DNA of 34,628 nucleotides. It comes from a virus (lineage: Duplodnaviria; Heunggongvirae; Uroviricota; Caudoviricetes). Positions within the stretch are counted from its first letter, which is position 1, and each line of letters begins with the position of its first letter. Made by a program: the position numbers and the translations under genes. This document shows, piece by piece, positions 34,406 through 34,628 of the stretch. The DNA is taken from the IMG/VR virus record IMGVR_UViG_2558860472_000005, positions 1 to 34,628 of that record, one strand, 5' to 3'. The notes under the pieces were generated by a model that saw nothing but the letters and a program-made list of their open reading frames with translations, was not told the origin of the DNA and made no database searches.

Positions 34406-34628
34406 GCCATTCAATATCTGGCGCACCGGAAGTATCGACCAGTTCCAGTGCGTCCAGGTAATCCAGCCACAAATTATATTGCGCCAGTTCGTCACCTTTC
34501 AGACGACCAATAGCCGCTTTACCAGGCCATTGTTTACTGTTCATATAATCGTTGGCCTGATTAATCAATTGCTGCTTCTCCAATTCGGCTGCAGCAATTT
34601 GTTCCTCATGTGTTGGTGGTGGAATTTC
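34377..34628 (-). CDS. Alternative tail fibre assembly chaperone (Tfa'), partial, with its 5' end outside the window
   Basis: The minus-strand frame is open to the window edge. The C-terminus LDYLDALELVDTSGAPDIEWP is paralogous to the plus-strand Tfa, and the two are convergent with a 29-bp overlap. Confidence 0.7.
   Translation of the reverse strand, partial: EIPPPTHEEQIAAAELEKQQLINQANDYMNSKQWPGKAAIGRLKGDELAQYNLWLDYLDALELVDTSGAPDIEWPTHPAVQAR

Larger units (their letters stand above)
1..34628. mobile_element. Temperate prophage from the integrase end through the tail-fibre invertible segment, truncated on the right by the window edge
   Basis: Canonical module order: int/xis, early-left genes, cI/cro, replication, RusA/Q, holin-endolysin-Rz/Rz1, HNH-terS-terL-portal-protease-capsid, contractile tail and baseplate, tail fibre/Tfa. 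Confidence 0.9.

Overview
The window is essentially one mosaic temperate prophage of an enterobacterium (E. coli/Shigella-like), cut at the right edge inside an invertible tail-fibre segment. Left to right the modules are: an integrase-proximal cargo gene, int/xis with a short early-left operon on the minus strand, and a cI/cro switch with palindromic operators. These are followed by replication genes with iterons inside the initiator gene, then PerC-like, LexA-DBD-like, RusA, KilA-N, DUF968-like and Q-like genes. Next come a lambda-type lysis cassette (S, R, Rz/Rz1), HNH-terS-terL-portal-protease-HK97-type capsid, and a Mu-like contractile tail and baseplate. The window ends with a tail fibre plus convergent tail-fibre-assembly genes. 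From memory (not a search) the immunity, early and tail-fibre parts resemble E. coli e14 and SfV/phiP27/ST64B-like phages. Five low-G+C accessory insertions sit at classical moron sites. The most unusual is a compact operon (about 3980-4850) convergent with PL. It encodes a 2-TM protein flanked by three paralogous proline-rich mini-ORFs and lies next to a 544-bp ORF-free, GC-rich, stem-rich element (3474-4017). Second is an AT-rich two-gene cassette between Q and the holin that encodes a membrane protein plus a divergent but motif-complete GT51 peptidoglycan glycosyltransferase homologue. The others are a 287-aa orphan after Rz, a bacterial PH-domain cassette with its own terminator inside the tail operon, and the membrane-anchored orphan beside int. 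No tRNA, rRNA, CRISPR array or IS element was recognised. All homology statements are pattern recognition by eye and need database confirmation.
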